A stretch of DNA of 64,000 nt from Octopus bimaculoides (lineage: Eukaryota), in contig NC_068983.1 of assembly GCF_001194135.2 (NCBI RefSeq), positions 54,113,048 to 54,177,047 of the forward strand, given 5' to 3'. Position 1 is the stretch's first letter. Every line of letters begins with the position of its first letter. Positions 37,612 to 51,088 of the stretch are shown here, piece by piece. A program made the translations under genes and the position numbers. The notes below the pieces were generated by a model. That model had not been told where the DNA came from and did no database searches. It saw only the letters and a program-made list of their open reading frames with translations.

Positions 37612-37970
37612 TTTTATTTGTTCAGTCATTGGACTGTAGCCATGCAGGGGATACTGTCATGAATGGTTTTAGTCAAATGAATTGACCCCCAAGACTTATG
37701 CTGTTTTAAATCTGGTACTTATTCTATTGTTCTCTTTAACAGAACTGCTAAGTTAGAGAGACATCAACAAACCAACACCAGTTAGGAGGAGGGGAACAAA
37801 CACATGTAAGCATATACATGATGGATTGCAATACAATTTCCATCTACCAAATTCATTCACAAGGTATCAGTCAGTCTGGGGCTGTTGTAGAAGATACCTG
37901 CACGAGGTGTCTTGCAGTAGGACTGAATACAAAACTATACTGTTGCAAAACAAGCTTCTTAACCACACAG
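37612..37970 (-). mobile_element. SINE family A, diverged
   Basis: ttcagtcattggactg...ttccatctaccaaattc...cttcttaaccacacag. Confidence 0.75.
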
Positions 37971-39138
37971 ATTCCAAAACTGCAAATGATTTGAGGAAGC
38001 TTTTATATTTTTGAATTCAATTTCAATGATAAAGCAACAATAATACAACATGGAATGACATGAGTAAAGAAGGTTTTTTATTGTACTTTAGGGAGGTACA
38101 TGAAAGGAAGGGCCAAAAATATGAAGGATTTAGGGAGTCATGTGAGACATAAGAATGGTGCAATATGGTTCTTCTAGTACTGATGGGATGTTGTGGGGTT
38201 GTATCTAGAACCACAATATCCTATCTGGCTGGCATTAGATTTTTTAATACAGTTTTGCTCCAAACAAAGCTTGAGGCCACTGTAGTATAAAGGATTACAA
38301 AGAAAGGAAAAAAAAAAGGGCCTATAAATTCAAACGATGTCAATTAATAGAAAGTTTACAGGACTGAATATAGTAGACCAGAGGAAAACAAAGCTGATGG
38401 TAGTGAGCTCCACAGTGCAGCTTGGCATAGATATCAGAGCATCAATTCAAGAATTTCAGAGAGAAGCTAAGGCTGATTCATCATGGATACACCAAGGTAT
38501 GAGAAAGAAAGGCCAAAAGTGAGAGTGAAAAAGAAATCCCCAGTAACAAAATAATTAAACCAGAACGTAACTGTTTTATAATTGAAATGGCTACAGCTAC
38601 CCCTGGTTTGGTGTGATGAGGTGCATGGGTAACAGACAGGGATAAAAAAAAAATCACATGCTACAATGTGGATCAAAGAATCAAACATTTGCTGGTAGCT
38701 TTAATGTTGCTTTACATTATTTGAGGGAATGATACTGTTGGAAGGTACCAAAATCATTATGATCTTCAGTTGGCAACTGATGGTTGGAATGTCTGGTAAA
38801 GTAAATATGTAGCTTTACTTTATTTACATTTATTCTTAAATGAAATTTGAAGCAAACATTATTTTCAGTTTTATGGTGCCCCAGCATGAACTTAATCCAA
38901 TGACTGAAACAAGTAAAAGAATATCTGTTTGTAATTCTATTTAAGAATGAATGTTAAAGAAAATACCAAAAAGAAAAAGAGAAAGAGTTAAGACAAATAA
39001 TAAAGATAGTATTTGGAGAATATCAAATAACACTTCTGCTGTTGCTTTTCTTTTTCTTTTTAGTTTTATTCAGGAATGATAAATATTGAAGATTTAAACA
39101 AATATAAGTTATTTAATTTGTTTCTCGCTGTCATTTTT

Positions 39139-39953
39139 GATTATTTTCAAAATTGATTGAAATGCACAGCCAATATATCTCATCAGAAATATGGTCATGA
39201 AAGAGCTGATGTGAAACCGTTGTGAACTTTTTATGTTTATTTCAGCATAAATCATGCAGTTTACTCTATTGCACATCATGCAAGTTATCTTCTTAACATC
39301 ACACAAGTTTTCTGATGTTAATGTAGCAATACTGCTGTTGAGTGTCTGTGAAGTTTCGAATACTCATGCAAAGTTTATCGTTTCTAACATTCTTAATATC
39401 ATACAGCAGTGGAACAAAACCAAACATGTTTATTCTTCAAGGGCAGTGCTCTGATGCCAGGGCACTGTCCTCAATAAATAAGTATTTGTTTAATTTCTTT
39501 TGCTGCTTTTTCTACAAACGGTATATATATCGGTAATCATGACAAATACAGTTTTAATACACATATAACTTCCATTCCACTGAGGGCTTCCATGCTGAAT
39601 TTAGTTGCAAATAGCTCTTTGTAAACGTTTACATAAATCTTAAAAGAATCACCCTTAATAATGATGGCATAGCTGTGTGGTGCTTCCCAACCACATGGTT
39701 CTGGGTTTAATCCCACAGTGAGGCACCTTGGGCAAATGTCTTCTGTTACAGCCTTGGGCTGATCAAAGCCTCATGAGCAGATTTGGTAGACAGAAACTGA
39801 AAGAAGCCCACTGTATATATATATATATATNNNNNNNNNNNNNNNNNNNNNNNNNNNNNNNNNNNNNNNNNNNNNNNNNNNNNNNNNNNNNNNNNNNNNN
39901 NNNNNNNNNNNNNNNNNNNNNNNAAAGAATCCAAACTATATCGAAAACAACTA

Positions 39954-40004
<51 letters not shown>

Positions 40005-40458
40005 ATGTGTGTGTCTTTGTTTGTCCCTCCACTACTTGACAACTGGTGTTGGTTTGGTTATGCCACCAAGCATGTCCACGGTCTACTGACTGACACAATA
40101 TATATATATACACACACACACACATATGCATGCATACCATTCATAGACTTTATGATATAATTGTGAAATGGTGGGATACATAAATATATGGATAAGGTAG
40201 CATGCTTTACCAAATGTGTTAAGCATGATATCAAGAATGTTTGAAACATTAACCTCTGTATGTATACTCAAAACTTCACAGACACTCAACAGCAGCGTTG
40301 CTACATTAAAGCCAGAAAACTTACACAACACTAACATAACTGTATGATTTATGTAGGAATAAACACGAAGTTCACAACTATTTTACATCAGTTTTTTCAT
40401 CACTAAATTTCTGAGGAAATACATTTGTTCTGTAGTTTCAAATTTGATGGACATAATC
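39139..40458. repeat. Long diverged inverted repeat (arms about 39139-39402 and 40225-40458) around a family A SINE and an N gap (39831-39923)
   Basis: Core 39318-39356 matches the reverse complement of 40271-40309 at 37 of 39 positions; the rest of the arms align at lower identity with indels. Confidence 0.8.
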
Positions 40459-42382
40459 AAGAATTTGGAAGTCATCATCATCACCGTCTTCAATGTCTAC
40501 TTTTCCATGTTTGTAAAGAGTTGGACAGAGTTTATTGAGGGAGATTTTCTACAACCAGATGCCTTCCTTGTCACCAACACTTATCTGTTTCCAAACGAGA
40601 TAATATTTCCTCAATGCCAAACATGTTTTCTTGGAATATTGAAAAGGAATGATACAGATGGTATGACAAAGGTGCTCATTTACAATTAGCATGTGACCAC
40701 AAAACAAGGAGACACAAATATACTCACTCTCACATAAGACATATACATAGATATGACGGGTTTCTTTCAATTTCTGTCGACCAAATCCAATCACAAAGCT
40801 ATGGTCAGCATGTGGTGATATGTAGTAAAACACCTACTCAAGGTGACATGCAGTGGGATCGAACCCAAAAGCATGTGGTTGAGAAGCAAACCTCTTCACC
40901 ACACAGCCACACCAGCACCTCTTTGATACAATTATAAACACTTCATTAATAAATTAAATGATGTTTGGCAAGGTTCTTACATAAAATCATGGTGACTTGT
41001 TTTGATTTAAAGTATGAAAGATTTAAAATGAGATTTTTATAGAACAAGAGGTGGTGCTGAACCAGAGGTGCAGCTCAATCTAGATGTATTGAAGAGATTT
41101 GAAAGATAATACACAAGCCAGGATGATATACAACTGAGATGTACAACAACTAATTTTCATTGGTGATGCTTATTGCTTCTTTGAATCTCAAGCCAGCAGC
41201 TGTTTTATCAGTCCATTTGGAGCCATTCTGTCTAGGAAGACAGAATCTTTGAAGATGTCAAATTTGTTTAACAACTTTTAACTTTCATTTGTGCAAGTCA
41301 CTGGAGATTATTAGGTGAGGTCAATGTCTTGCCATTACATACATGGCTAGATGAATAAATATCAACACATACGGATACGTGTATTTCACGTATCTACATA
41401 CACTTACAGCAGTTGAAACAGAAAGAGAAAAACATACACATCTCTATAAGCATAGTCAAAGACAGAGAGTAATGTCTATGTAATAACAATTATTATTATT
41501 ATTATTTCCTTGAGGCTGACAAATAAGAAGACATGACAAATGGTGGGTGTTTATGCAGAATAATTGATTGCGAAAGAAAGACACATGGAAAATACAGTTA
41601 TGTAAAAGGTATGAAAGAATATACACTAAAGGAAAGGGCAGCCACCTAGGGCCAGTCAAGAAACCCCTCAGATTAAGGATTATTCTGACTACCAAATGCT
41701 CTACAACAACTGTGATCTCCTGCCTAGATTCATCCTGAGAGTAGGCTATAAATGCAAGCCATTTTCACCATTCTCACACACCTTTCAACAAATTTACTGG
41801 AGGGAAGTATCTCTGGAACTTGAAGAATTTGATGAGGAGCTGGCTGAAGAAGAAAGTGTTTGTCTTCAGTCCTTTCATCTATATCCATCATACAATCTCA
41901 TTCACCATGGCCACCAAACAGAGGAAAACTGCCTGCTCTTCTCAGCCAAAGAAACACAGAATTATCCTCAGTAGACATGACAACATTACTTGGTTGACAT
42001 TGCTACTATGCTTACAGAGTTTATCCTATATATATATATATATATATATATATGTTATAAAAAATGCACTTCTGTACAATACATTTTCAAGATCTTGTAA
42101 TCTCTGTTCTGAGGTTACACTATGCATTTTAATGTGTACTGGTAAACTTATGAATAGGCTCTCTGAAATAGTTACAAAATGCAACCACAGGCTAAAACAC
42201 TCATTTTCACAGTTTGGTAAAAACAATTAATAATTAAAACTCTATTGGTGCAATCTGCTTATTGTATTTTATTTTATTTTACTTTAGTATACTGTATTTA
42301 TTTATGTCTGCTTTAAAAATAATAAGAATGTGTGCAAGAAGTATACATGTGGACATATACAAATAGATATATGTGTGTATAT

Positions 42383-42720
42383 TAGCGTGATCGTTACTAG
42401 CGCTGCCTTACTGGTACGTGAAAAAACATTTGAGCGAGGTCATTGCCAGTACCGCTGGACTAGCTCCTGTGCAGGTGGCACATAAAAAACACCATTTTGA
42501 GTATGGCCATTGCCAGTACTGCCTGACTGGCCCTCGTGCTGGTGGCACATGAAAGCACCCACTAAACTCTGAGTGGTTGGCATTAGGAAGGGCATCCAGC
42601 TGTAGAAACTCTGCCAGATCAGATTGGAGCCTGGTGCAGCCATCTGGTTTGCCAGTCCTCAGTCAAATCGTCCAACCCATGCTAGCATGGAAGGTGGACG
42701 TTAAATGATGATGATGATGA
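42383..42720 (+). mobile_element. SINE family B
   Basis: Near-consensus copy ending ggacgttaaatgatgatgatgatg. Confidence 0.9.
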
Positions 42721-42797
42721 TACACTATCTTGTATGCAGGTTAAACTTTGAACTCAACATTTATTAATAGTAAATGTAGTAAGAATGTATGTAAGAA

Positions 42798-42854
<57 letters not shown>

Positions 42855-42941
42855 GATATACATGTGTATGTGTGTATAAAACTATATAGATGACCTTGTA
42901 TGTGGGTAAATGAAAGAATATGTATGAGGGAGAGAGTTTAC

Positions 42942-42957
42942 CTGCAAACTTATTTTT
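42942..42957 (-). CDS. Candidate 16-nt stalk microexon (KNKFA, phase 0 to phase 1)
   Basis: Minus strand reads cttttatatcctttcttgaatcatttag|AAAAATAAGTTTGCAG|gtaaac. It ends in phase 1, as the downstream exons require. Confidence 0.4.
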
Positions 42958-43301
42958 CTAAATGATTCAAGAAAGGATATAAAAGCTAGACAGTCACAAA
43001 TTAACTTTGTATGGAGGCAGATTCTGGTGTGGAATGCAGTCATATGTTTTGCTGTAATAGGCAGGAGGTACTTTATATCCCTTTCAAGTTAACAATTGAT
43101 AAGCACAGAAATGGTCAGTCTTTATCACTTTATCACATTATTATCTCTGAATACTTAATTTCATTCTTCATTCCGATTTTCTCTTTCTTCCTTATAATCT
43201 GACCATGAAGATAGAATTGTAACTTATAGTTAACTTGACATGTTTTTTTTTTGTGGCTGTTTCTTTGCTTCTGTACTTTGTATTTTAATTATATTTGTTA
43301 C

Positions 43302-43336
43302 CTTGTCTGTTACAATATCTGTGTGTTTAGTTTTGT
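43302..43336 (-). CDS. Candidate 35-nt stalk mini-exon (xKTKHTDIVTDK, phase 1 to phase 0)
   Basis: Minus strand reads ctatttttggcaatttgcag|ACAAAACTAAACACACAGATATTGTAACAGACAAG|gtaaca. Open frame, and phase-compatible with the 16-nt candidate across a 344-nt intron. Confidence 0.4.
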
Positions 43337-43742
43337 CTGCAAATTGCCAAAAATAGCTCACTGCTTTGGGTATTTATTCTTGTAGAGAATGAAATGACAA
43401 TATGATCTGCCAAAGGACTTATTCAAAATAATCACTTAAAGAAACACATTTTACACCTTTGGTGGATGATAGTAATTATGAAATGTGTTAATTATATCAT
43501 CTCACAAATGTACAACATGTGTAACAATGTGTGGAAACAATTGAAGTGATTTGAAATAAAGAATACCTTTCAATTTATTTTCTCTTATTCATATTTTTAA
43601 GAACTCTGAGGATATTATGGAATTTCAGATGTATAATGAATAACAAGAGTATTCCCATTGTCTGATGACATCTGGTAGCCAATGACTGTGGAAGAGCTTT
43701 GTATAGCATATGAGAAGGTTTTTACCAAAATTTTATTCAACT

Positions 43743-44150
43743 AGGCATGGCTGTGCAGTAAGAAGCTTGCTTACCAACCACATGGTTCTGGGTTCAGTCC
43801 CACTGTGTGGCCACTTGGGCAAGTCTTCTACTATGGCCTTGGGCTGACCAAAGCCTTGTGAGTGGATTTGGTAGATTTGAAACTGAAAGAAGCTTGTCAT
43901 ATATATGAATATATATCTATGTGTATGTGATTTTGTGTCTCTGTTTGTCCCTCTACCACTGCTTGATAATCAGTGTTAGTGCGTCTATGTCCTTGTGACT
44001 TAGCGGTTTGGCAAAAGAGATCGATAGAATAAGTACCACACTTAAAAAAAAAAAGAAGTACTGAGGTTGGTACATTCAACTATAAATTTTTCAAGGCAGT
44101 GCCCCAGCATGGCCACAGTGTAATAATTGAAATGAGTAAATGATAAAAGA
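43743..44150 (+). mobile_element. SINE family A
   Basis: Head aggcatggctgtgcagtaagaagcttgc through tail ccccagcatggccacagt. Confidence 0.85.
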
Positions 44151-44170
44151 TATGTATTTATATAAGTATG

Positions 44171-44210
<40 letters not shown>

Positions 44211-44400
44211 AAAAAAAACAATAACAAAAAAACAAAAAAACAACAGAGTGAGGACGTGATATGGATAGTATTATTGGACGCTCAGGAAAGGAAAGAGAGA
44301 GTGTATGACGTTTCGGGCGTAGCCCTTCGTCGGAAAGATGGAAAGTTCGGAGAATGGAAGAACGGAGAAAGAGGAAAATGGTACCGATGCCCACGAGGTT

Positions 44401-44440
<40 letters not shown>

Positions 44441-45166
44441 TGTGTGTAAGTAAGCTTTGAGTACCTTTTGATTGTAGTTTTCCTATTGTGTGACATGATT
44501 GACAAGTGTCATTTACTATAACCCTAGGCTGACAAATGCCAGTGAGAGAATCTGGTATGTGAGAAACTGCCCAGAAGTTCTTCATATGTACATGTCTGTG
44601 TATATCTGTCACTTGCTGCTTGGCAACCAGCATTTGTTTGTTTGTTCCCCTGTTTGTTTGTTTCCAGTATAATGTGATTAATAAAGTAAGTACCAGATTT
44701 TAAAAAATATAAGTACTTGCTTGTCATGTGAACTGATACAGAACCTAACACCAGCAAACAGGTTACCCTGCCACAAAGTAAATGCAGACACTGATATGTT
44801 ACACATTATAGAAAACTGATTAACTTGTAGCCACCTCTTGTCTGTTCTACCATGTGGAGCATGTGATGAAGGAATAGTAGATGCTGGTAGTTAAAGCATG
44901 CCTGTGATTTGCACTGACCTATGACCAATGGAAGTCTAAATATTCTTATCTACAAGGTATTTTAAAGTTTCTTTCAACTTCTCTCCACTCTGATTCCATA
45001 CATCTGACAAAGTGGACATGTTTTACATCCATGAAACTTTAAGGAAAGTAGAACTGAGTTGATTTGTTATTAAATACTTAAAACTTCAACTAAATGTGTT
45101 TAGTGCTACTTTCTTTCCTTTGATTACCGACCACAGTAATCTGACTTCAGTTTCAATATAGACTAC

Positions 45167-45169
<3 letters not shown>

Positions 45170-45213
<44 letters not shown>

Positions 45214-45399
45214 GTCAGTCTATCTATCTATCTATTTATTTATCTATCTATCAGTCTATCTATCTATCTATCTATCTATCTACATACATACACAAATATT
45301 ATGAATACATACATATATCAGCATATGTACATATACATACACACGCATATACATGTATGCATTCATATATATATATACATGCACACACTGTATACACAT

Positions 45400-45440
<41 letters not shown>
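45170..45440. repeat. (TATC)n followed by CA/TA-rich and (TG)n microsatellites
   Basis: Seen directly. Confidence 0.9.
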
Positions 45441-45442
<2 letters not shown>

Positions 45443-47903
45443 CACAAACATGCATGCATACAGCACTAGATTAAGCAAAGAAAAAAGTTTTACATTCTTC
45501 CTAAGATTTCCTCAATCTTAATCCTTGTGATGTTCTAAAGTTACAATGTTATTCTTATCAAAGAATAACGTTTTTATTACCTTTTTTTTTTTTTTTCTTC
45601 ATTTTCTTCATATCCAAGTCTACCTTGCTTGCCATAAAATAGTTATTTGAACTTAACTCTTAAAGAAATAACTGATAGAAATTTTTATTTCAGGATACAA
45701 AAGATGGTAAAATTAACAGAATGGGAAAATAAAATTACTTCTCTCACCCATACCACTCATACAATGGTTGCTTTTGCCAAACAAGTTATTATAACGCATT
45801 TGTATTGAGTGAACAGAACTATGATATTATTATTATTATTATTAGCATTATCATCATCATTAAGGTGGCAAGTGGGCAAAATGCTTAGCACTGTTTTGTC
45901 CATCCTTAGACTTTGAGTTCAAATTCCGCTGAGGTTGACTTTGTCTTTCATCCTTTCAGACTCAATGAATTAAATATCCCAGAGTCACAAAAATGACACC
46001 CGTGTCTGGTGGTACATAAAAGCACCTATTACACTCTGAGTGGTTGGCATTAGGAAAGGCACCCAGCTGTAGAAAACCATGCTAAATCAGCCTGGAGTCT
46101 GGTACAGCCTCCCAGCATGCCAGCCCAGTCAAAACATCCAACCAAGCATGGACAACAGGCATTAAATGATGATGAAGTACTGAAGTTAATGTAAATGACT
46201 AAACCTCTTCCCAAAAATTTCAGGCCTTGTGCCTATAATAGAAAGGATTATCATCACCATCATCATTTTAAAGGCTATTTATCCATGTTTGCATTGGTCA
46301 GATAAGAGTATGTTTGAGATACACTTTCTGCAGCTAGATCCTCTTCCTGTCACCAACTCCTTTTTATTTCCAAATAGGGTTGTAATCTCCCAGTCTACTG
46401 AACAACAAACAGCCCAGACATGGTTACATTGAGAATTGGAGACAAATGACAGCTTTGAGCCTTTTGCTTACAAAGATCATACAATATGTCAAGATAATAA
46501 TTAGACTAATGATCATTTCTTTTATTAGCCACAGGGGTATAAATGAGGAGCACATCACAAGGACAGGAAACAATTTGTATGGGGATTTACATAAAGGATG
46601 GTGGGAAAGAAATAGAACAGACAGTGAAATATGATGCTCTAATAATTCTACAAATCCACCAAATATTTTATAAACATTAATATTCCTATTATAATATATA
46701 AATGTAATTCTCAAACTTATCTTCACAAAGAGGGTAAAAATTGCAAGTGATTTCTTATATTGGCATAAAACTAGAAATTTAAGAAATTTAAGTCATTTAT
46801 ATTGGTTTCAAATTTTGGCATAAGGCCAGCAATTTCAGGGGAGGAGTAAGTGGGTTGCATCAATTCCAGTGCTCAACTGGTATTTATTTTATTTATGCTA
46901 AAAGGATGGAAAGCAATGTCAACCTCGGCAGAATTGGAACTCAGAATGTGAAGGAGGATGAAATACTGCTAAGCATTTTACCTGGCATGCTAAAGATCCT
47001 GTTAGTATATTGAGCCCAGTACTAAACTCTTTTGAGCTCTTAAGGCAAGGACATAAGTAGGTATGAAAAATTCCAACTGGATTTGGTCCAGGAGGAATGA
47101 AAGTGAATTTCAGAAAACATAATTTATCCTACAGTCAAATATCTTTGCCAGAACTGGCTACAATACCCAAGGCACCTTGGTTCTAGGACACCTTAACCAT
47201 CCAGGAGGGTGTGGCAGCAGAAGGGTACCTATGAGTCATGATCTGGATGTGACCTGACCCTACTAAAGTATAAGACTTAAGGGCCAAAACATTTGCATAG
47301 GGAGGGTTGTGTGATAGTGGTGATGGGGCTTCTTTTCAAAAGACCTTCAGCTGTTCAACTTTCCTTAGGATTTCTTACTATTTATCGCCCTTGGGAAAAT
47401 GGAAACAAAATTAACTTCGGTGGTATTTGAATTCAGGACATAATGAACTGCAGCTAAGCACTGCAAGGCATCTTGTTTGTTGCTCTACTAGTTCTTTCAA
47501 ATAATATTGTTATTTTTTTTTATAAGCCGCAGGAATATATAAATAGAGGAAATGTTACAACAAAAGAAAACAAAAAAACAAAACAAAACACAAAAAGAAA
47601 ACATTTGCATATAAATAGAAAATACTATATGCATGACTATCAGATACATATGGAGATACACCTACACACATGCATACACACATGCAAACACACACTTGCA
47701 CAATAACATTAATAATATATATGATTTGGTATAATTCAAAAGTGAAACATTTGCTTCAGTGTTAACACATATCCAAAAGATATCGAAGAATTAGTTCTGA
47801 CATGCTTGGTGTAATAGTCCATGGAAACTGTAATCAAGAGGAATCGGTTGTCAGAGAGCATTATGTAAATATGTGTCTACGCATGTGTGTGTATGTATGT
47901 TTA

Positions 47904-47941
<38 letters not shown>

Positions 47942-48105
47942 AGGAATATATGAATGTAGTCAGTAGCTGATGTGAATAAGTAAAAAGGAAATATGAAATA
48001 TAAATTAATACTTATGTTCCTATATTTATGTATGTCTAAAAAAACAAAACAAAAAAGAGAAATATACTTTACTTGTCTTATTACATCAAGTAGAATAATA
48101 TGATG

Positions 48106-48138
<33 letters not shown>

Positions 48139-49052
48139 AATGTATGTGCGTATATACATGAATATAAAATTGTGTGTATGTATATATATATATATATTTG
48201 TATATGTATGTATGTGTTGGCTAACACCAATAGATGTATAACATAGCCATGAATTTACTCTCTCATAGTCTCTTTGGCAGCAACACGAATATTAATGACA
48301 ACATATGTTTAAACAACTTACACTTGAGAAACTCATGATTATAAGCTAGAAAGTTCTCACCACCCATCAAACCCACATTCGCACTCTCTATCAATCTCTT
48401 GCTATCTCTCTGTCAATCTCCCTTTCTCTCTTTCTCTCTCTCTCACCACCTCTTTCTTTTTTTTTTATACCTCTTCAACAACATACAAATTAGAGCCAAG
48501 TGGCATTATATCTAATGAGCTTGATCTAGCCAAAAGAGCTAGTGTACATTAATTATGAAAGAGTCCACACTCAGTATAAATTAACTACTCATTATACATA
48601 AGGTATCTTCCAGTAAGTAATTCCCAAAAGATGGAAAGATAAACAACACAAAACAACAACAACAACAACTGCAGCAGAAGAAACAACAATAACTTGGGTA
48701 AAAACTAAACTGGATGAAGAGATAAGTGACAAGTGCACACAGTGTTTGCACCTGAGGGTTTAGTTAAAAAGGAGAAAATGTAACACAGAAACAAAATTGA
48801 TAATAATAATAATATAATTACAAAGGAATTAAACATAAATAATTTGTATTTGAAATGTAAGTATTTACAATTAGTCTAGATTAGTAGGAGTTGCAAAAGC
48901 CCCAGGAGGATTGGGCATCAGGTTTCACAACCAAAGAAATATGAATTTATATTATGACACCATCATCACCATCGTCACACATATATACACATATTCATAT
49001 ATATTGTCTACGCAGTCATTATATATATATATATATATATATATAAAACTGT

Positions 49053-49626
49053 AACTGGTACTCCGTCAGTTATGATGACGAGTGTTCCAGTTGATCCAAT
49101 CAACAGAACAGCCTGTTCATGAAATTAATGTGCAACTCGTTGAGCACTCCACAGACATTTGTACCCTTAATGTAGTTCCCAGGATGATGCAGAATGTGAC
49201 AAGGCTGGCCCTTTAAATTACAGGTACAGGTCATTTTTGCCAGTTGAGTGGATTGGAGTAATATGAAATAAAGTGTCTTGCTCAAGGACACAAAGCACCA
49301 TCAGGAATTAAACTCATGACTTTACAATCATGAAGCAAATATCCTAAGTGGAGGCACATGGCCTAGTGGTTAGAGCAGTGAACTCGTAATCGAGGGATTG
49401 CAGGTTCGAATCTCAGACAGGGCGAGGTGTGTGTTTATGAGCGAAACACACATTGCTCTGGCAGAAGGTAATGGCAAACTTTCACTGACTCTTTCACTAC
49501 AACTTTCTTTCAATCTTTCCTCCTGCATCTAGCAGCTTACTTGTAGTGGACTGGCATCCCATCCAGGAGGGGAACCTATCTGACAGGCATGGCTTGAGAA
49601 GGAACAATCAACAACAAATATCCTAA
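49053..49626. mobile_element. SINE family E (-) interrupted near its head by a family D (V-domain-like) SINE (+, 49348-49614)
   Basis: 12-bp TSD caaatatcctaa at 49336-49347 and 49615-49626. The family D head has A-box tggcctagtgg, B-box ggttcgaatc, a ggactggcatcccatccagg motif and a (CAA)n tail. Confidence 0.85.
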
Positions 49627-49663
49627 CCTATACACTTTCACTATAACAATCATCAGACACAAA

Positions 49664-49699
<36 letters not shown>

Positions 49700-50145
49700 C
49701 GTACACACACTTCCTGGAAAAGTTCAATGGACGCGTGTGCGTCACACTCATGCGCGCACACACACACACACACAACTTTCTGAACTTGAGGCTAGCAGGC
49801 AAATGAAGTAAGCTGACACAGTTTTGTCAGACATTCATTCTGCAAAGCTCTGACCAGGCTTGGAGTTACTGGTGCAGCACTGAGGTGTGTGTGTGTGGAG
49901 GGGGGGGGATAAATTATATTATTGAAGCCACAGAGAAGGTCACTAGGTGGTTTTGGATAAAGTGGGCAGACCAGTGGGTTGCTGGTACTGGGACACAAGC
50001 TGGGGCTTAATCAATTCCAGCTGGGTCAACTGGGCAAGGGGGTATCTGATGTTTAGAGATCCTATAATCACTAAGACCCCCAGAAACATCACAGACACTG
50101 CATCACAGCATCTCTGAGATGTGTCTTGAAACTAAACTAATATAT

Positions 50146-51060
50146 ATAATCATTTAGCATCCGTTTTCCATGCTGGCATGGGTTAGACGGTTTAACTAGA
50201 ACTGATAAGCTGGAGAGCTGCACCATGTTCCAGTCTGATTTGGCATGGTTTCAACAGCTGAATGCCCTTCCTAATGCCAACCTCTCCAAGTGTGTAATGG
50301 GTGCCTTTTACATGTCACTGGCATTGTCCATGACTACGATTTCACAAATTTATTTTAATATATATTGAGGGGAGATAATCATCCTGGCAAAGTTTAGCAA
50401 GAACACTAAATGCATTTGAAAAATATGTAATTAAAATATAATATGAAGTTCAGATAAATGTATGAGTAATATATTCATTAAGTAGTTATTCAATATATAA
50501 GTTTGTGAGTGTCTGGTGGGGGAAGGGGAGAGTATTATATAATTGGAATCATCATAATCATCATCATCATTTAATGTCCATTGTCCATGCTGGCATGTGT
50601 TGAACAGTTTGACCAGGGCTGACAGCCTGGAAGGCTGTACCAGACTCCAGCTTGATTTGGCATGGTTTCTGTGGCTGGATGTTCTTCGTAATGCCAACCA
50701 TGCTGAGAGTGTAATGGGTGCTTTTACAGGCCACTGGCGTGGGTGCCATTTGTGTGACACTGGTATCTGCCACGACTGCAATTTTACTTGGCCTGATGGG
50801 TCTTCTTCTCAAGCACAACATTTGACTTTCACATGCTCAAGTCTATAGAAACTGGTACCGCCTGACTGGCCCTTGTGCCAGTGGCACGTAAAAAGCACCC
50901 ACTACACTCTCAGAGTGGTTGGTGTTTGGAAGGGCATCTCACTGTAGGAACATTGCCAGATCGGATTGGAGCCTGGTGCAGCCTTCTGGATCACCAGCCC
51001 TCATTCAAATCATCCAACCCATGCCAACATGGAAAGAGGATGTTAAACGATGATGATGAT
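50146..51060. mobile_element. Three family B SINEs: - (about 50146-50345), - (about 50561-50830), + (about 50855-51060)
   Basis: (CAT)n and (GAT)n tails and the ggaagggcatc motif; the last two copies are head to head. Confidence 0.8.
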
Positions 51061-51088
51061 ATATAAATATATATATATATCTATATAT

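Noticed and set aside
38362-38496. 135-nt plus-strand segment with AG and GTATGA ends and one open frame
   Set aside because: Poor pyrimidine tract, no partner exons, no recognisable protein; the opposite strand has a YLGV word suggesting a decayed LINE.
41696-41974. Acidic plus-strand ORF (ELEEFDEELAEEES) and a minus-strand VERCVRMV word resembling a transposase end
   Set aside because: Short, flanked by stops, with no splice or TIR context; probably a decayed element that cannot be identified here.
48012-48344. Two 24-nt phase-1-open minus-strand segments (48012-48035 and about 48321-48344) with AG and GT ends
   Set aside because: Each has one weak splice site, and the first lies in TA-rich simple sequence. 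They show the chance rate of such hits in this intron.
49348-49420. tRNA-like A and B boxes here and at many SINE heads
   Set aside because: They continue into SINE bodies with tails and TSDs and do not form complete cloverleafs, so they are not tRNA genes.
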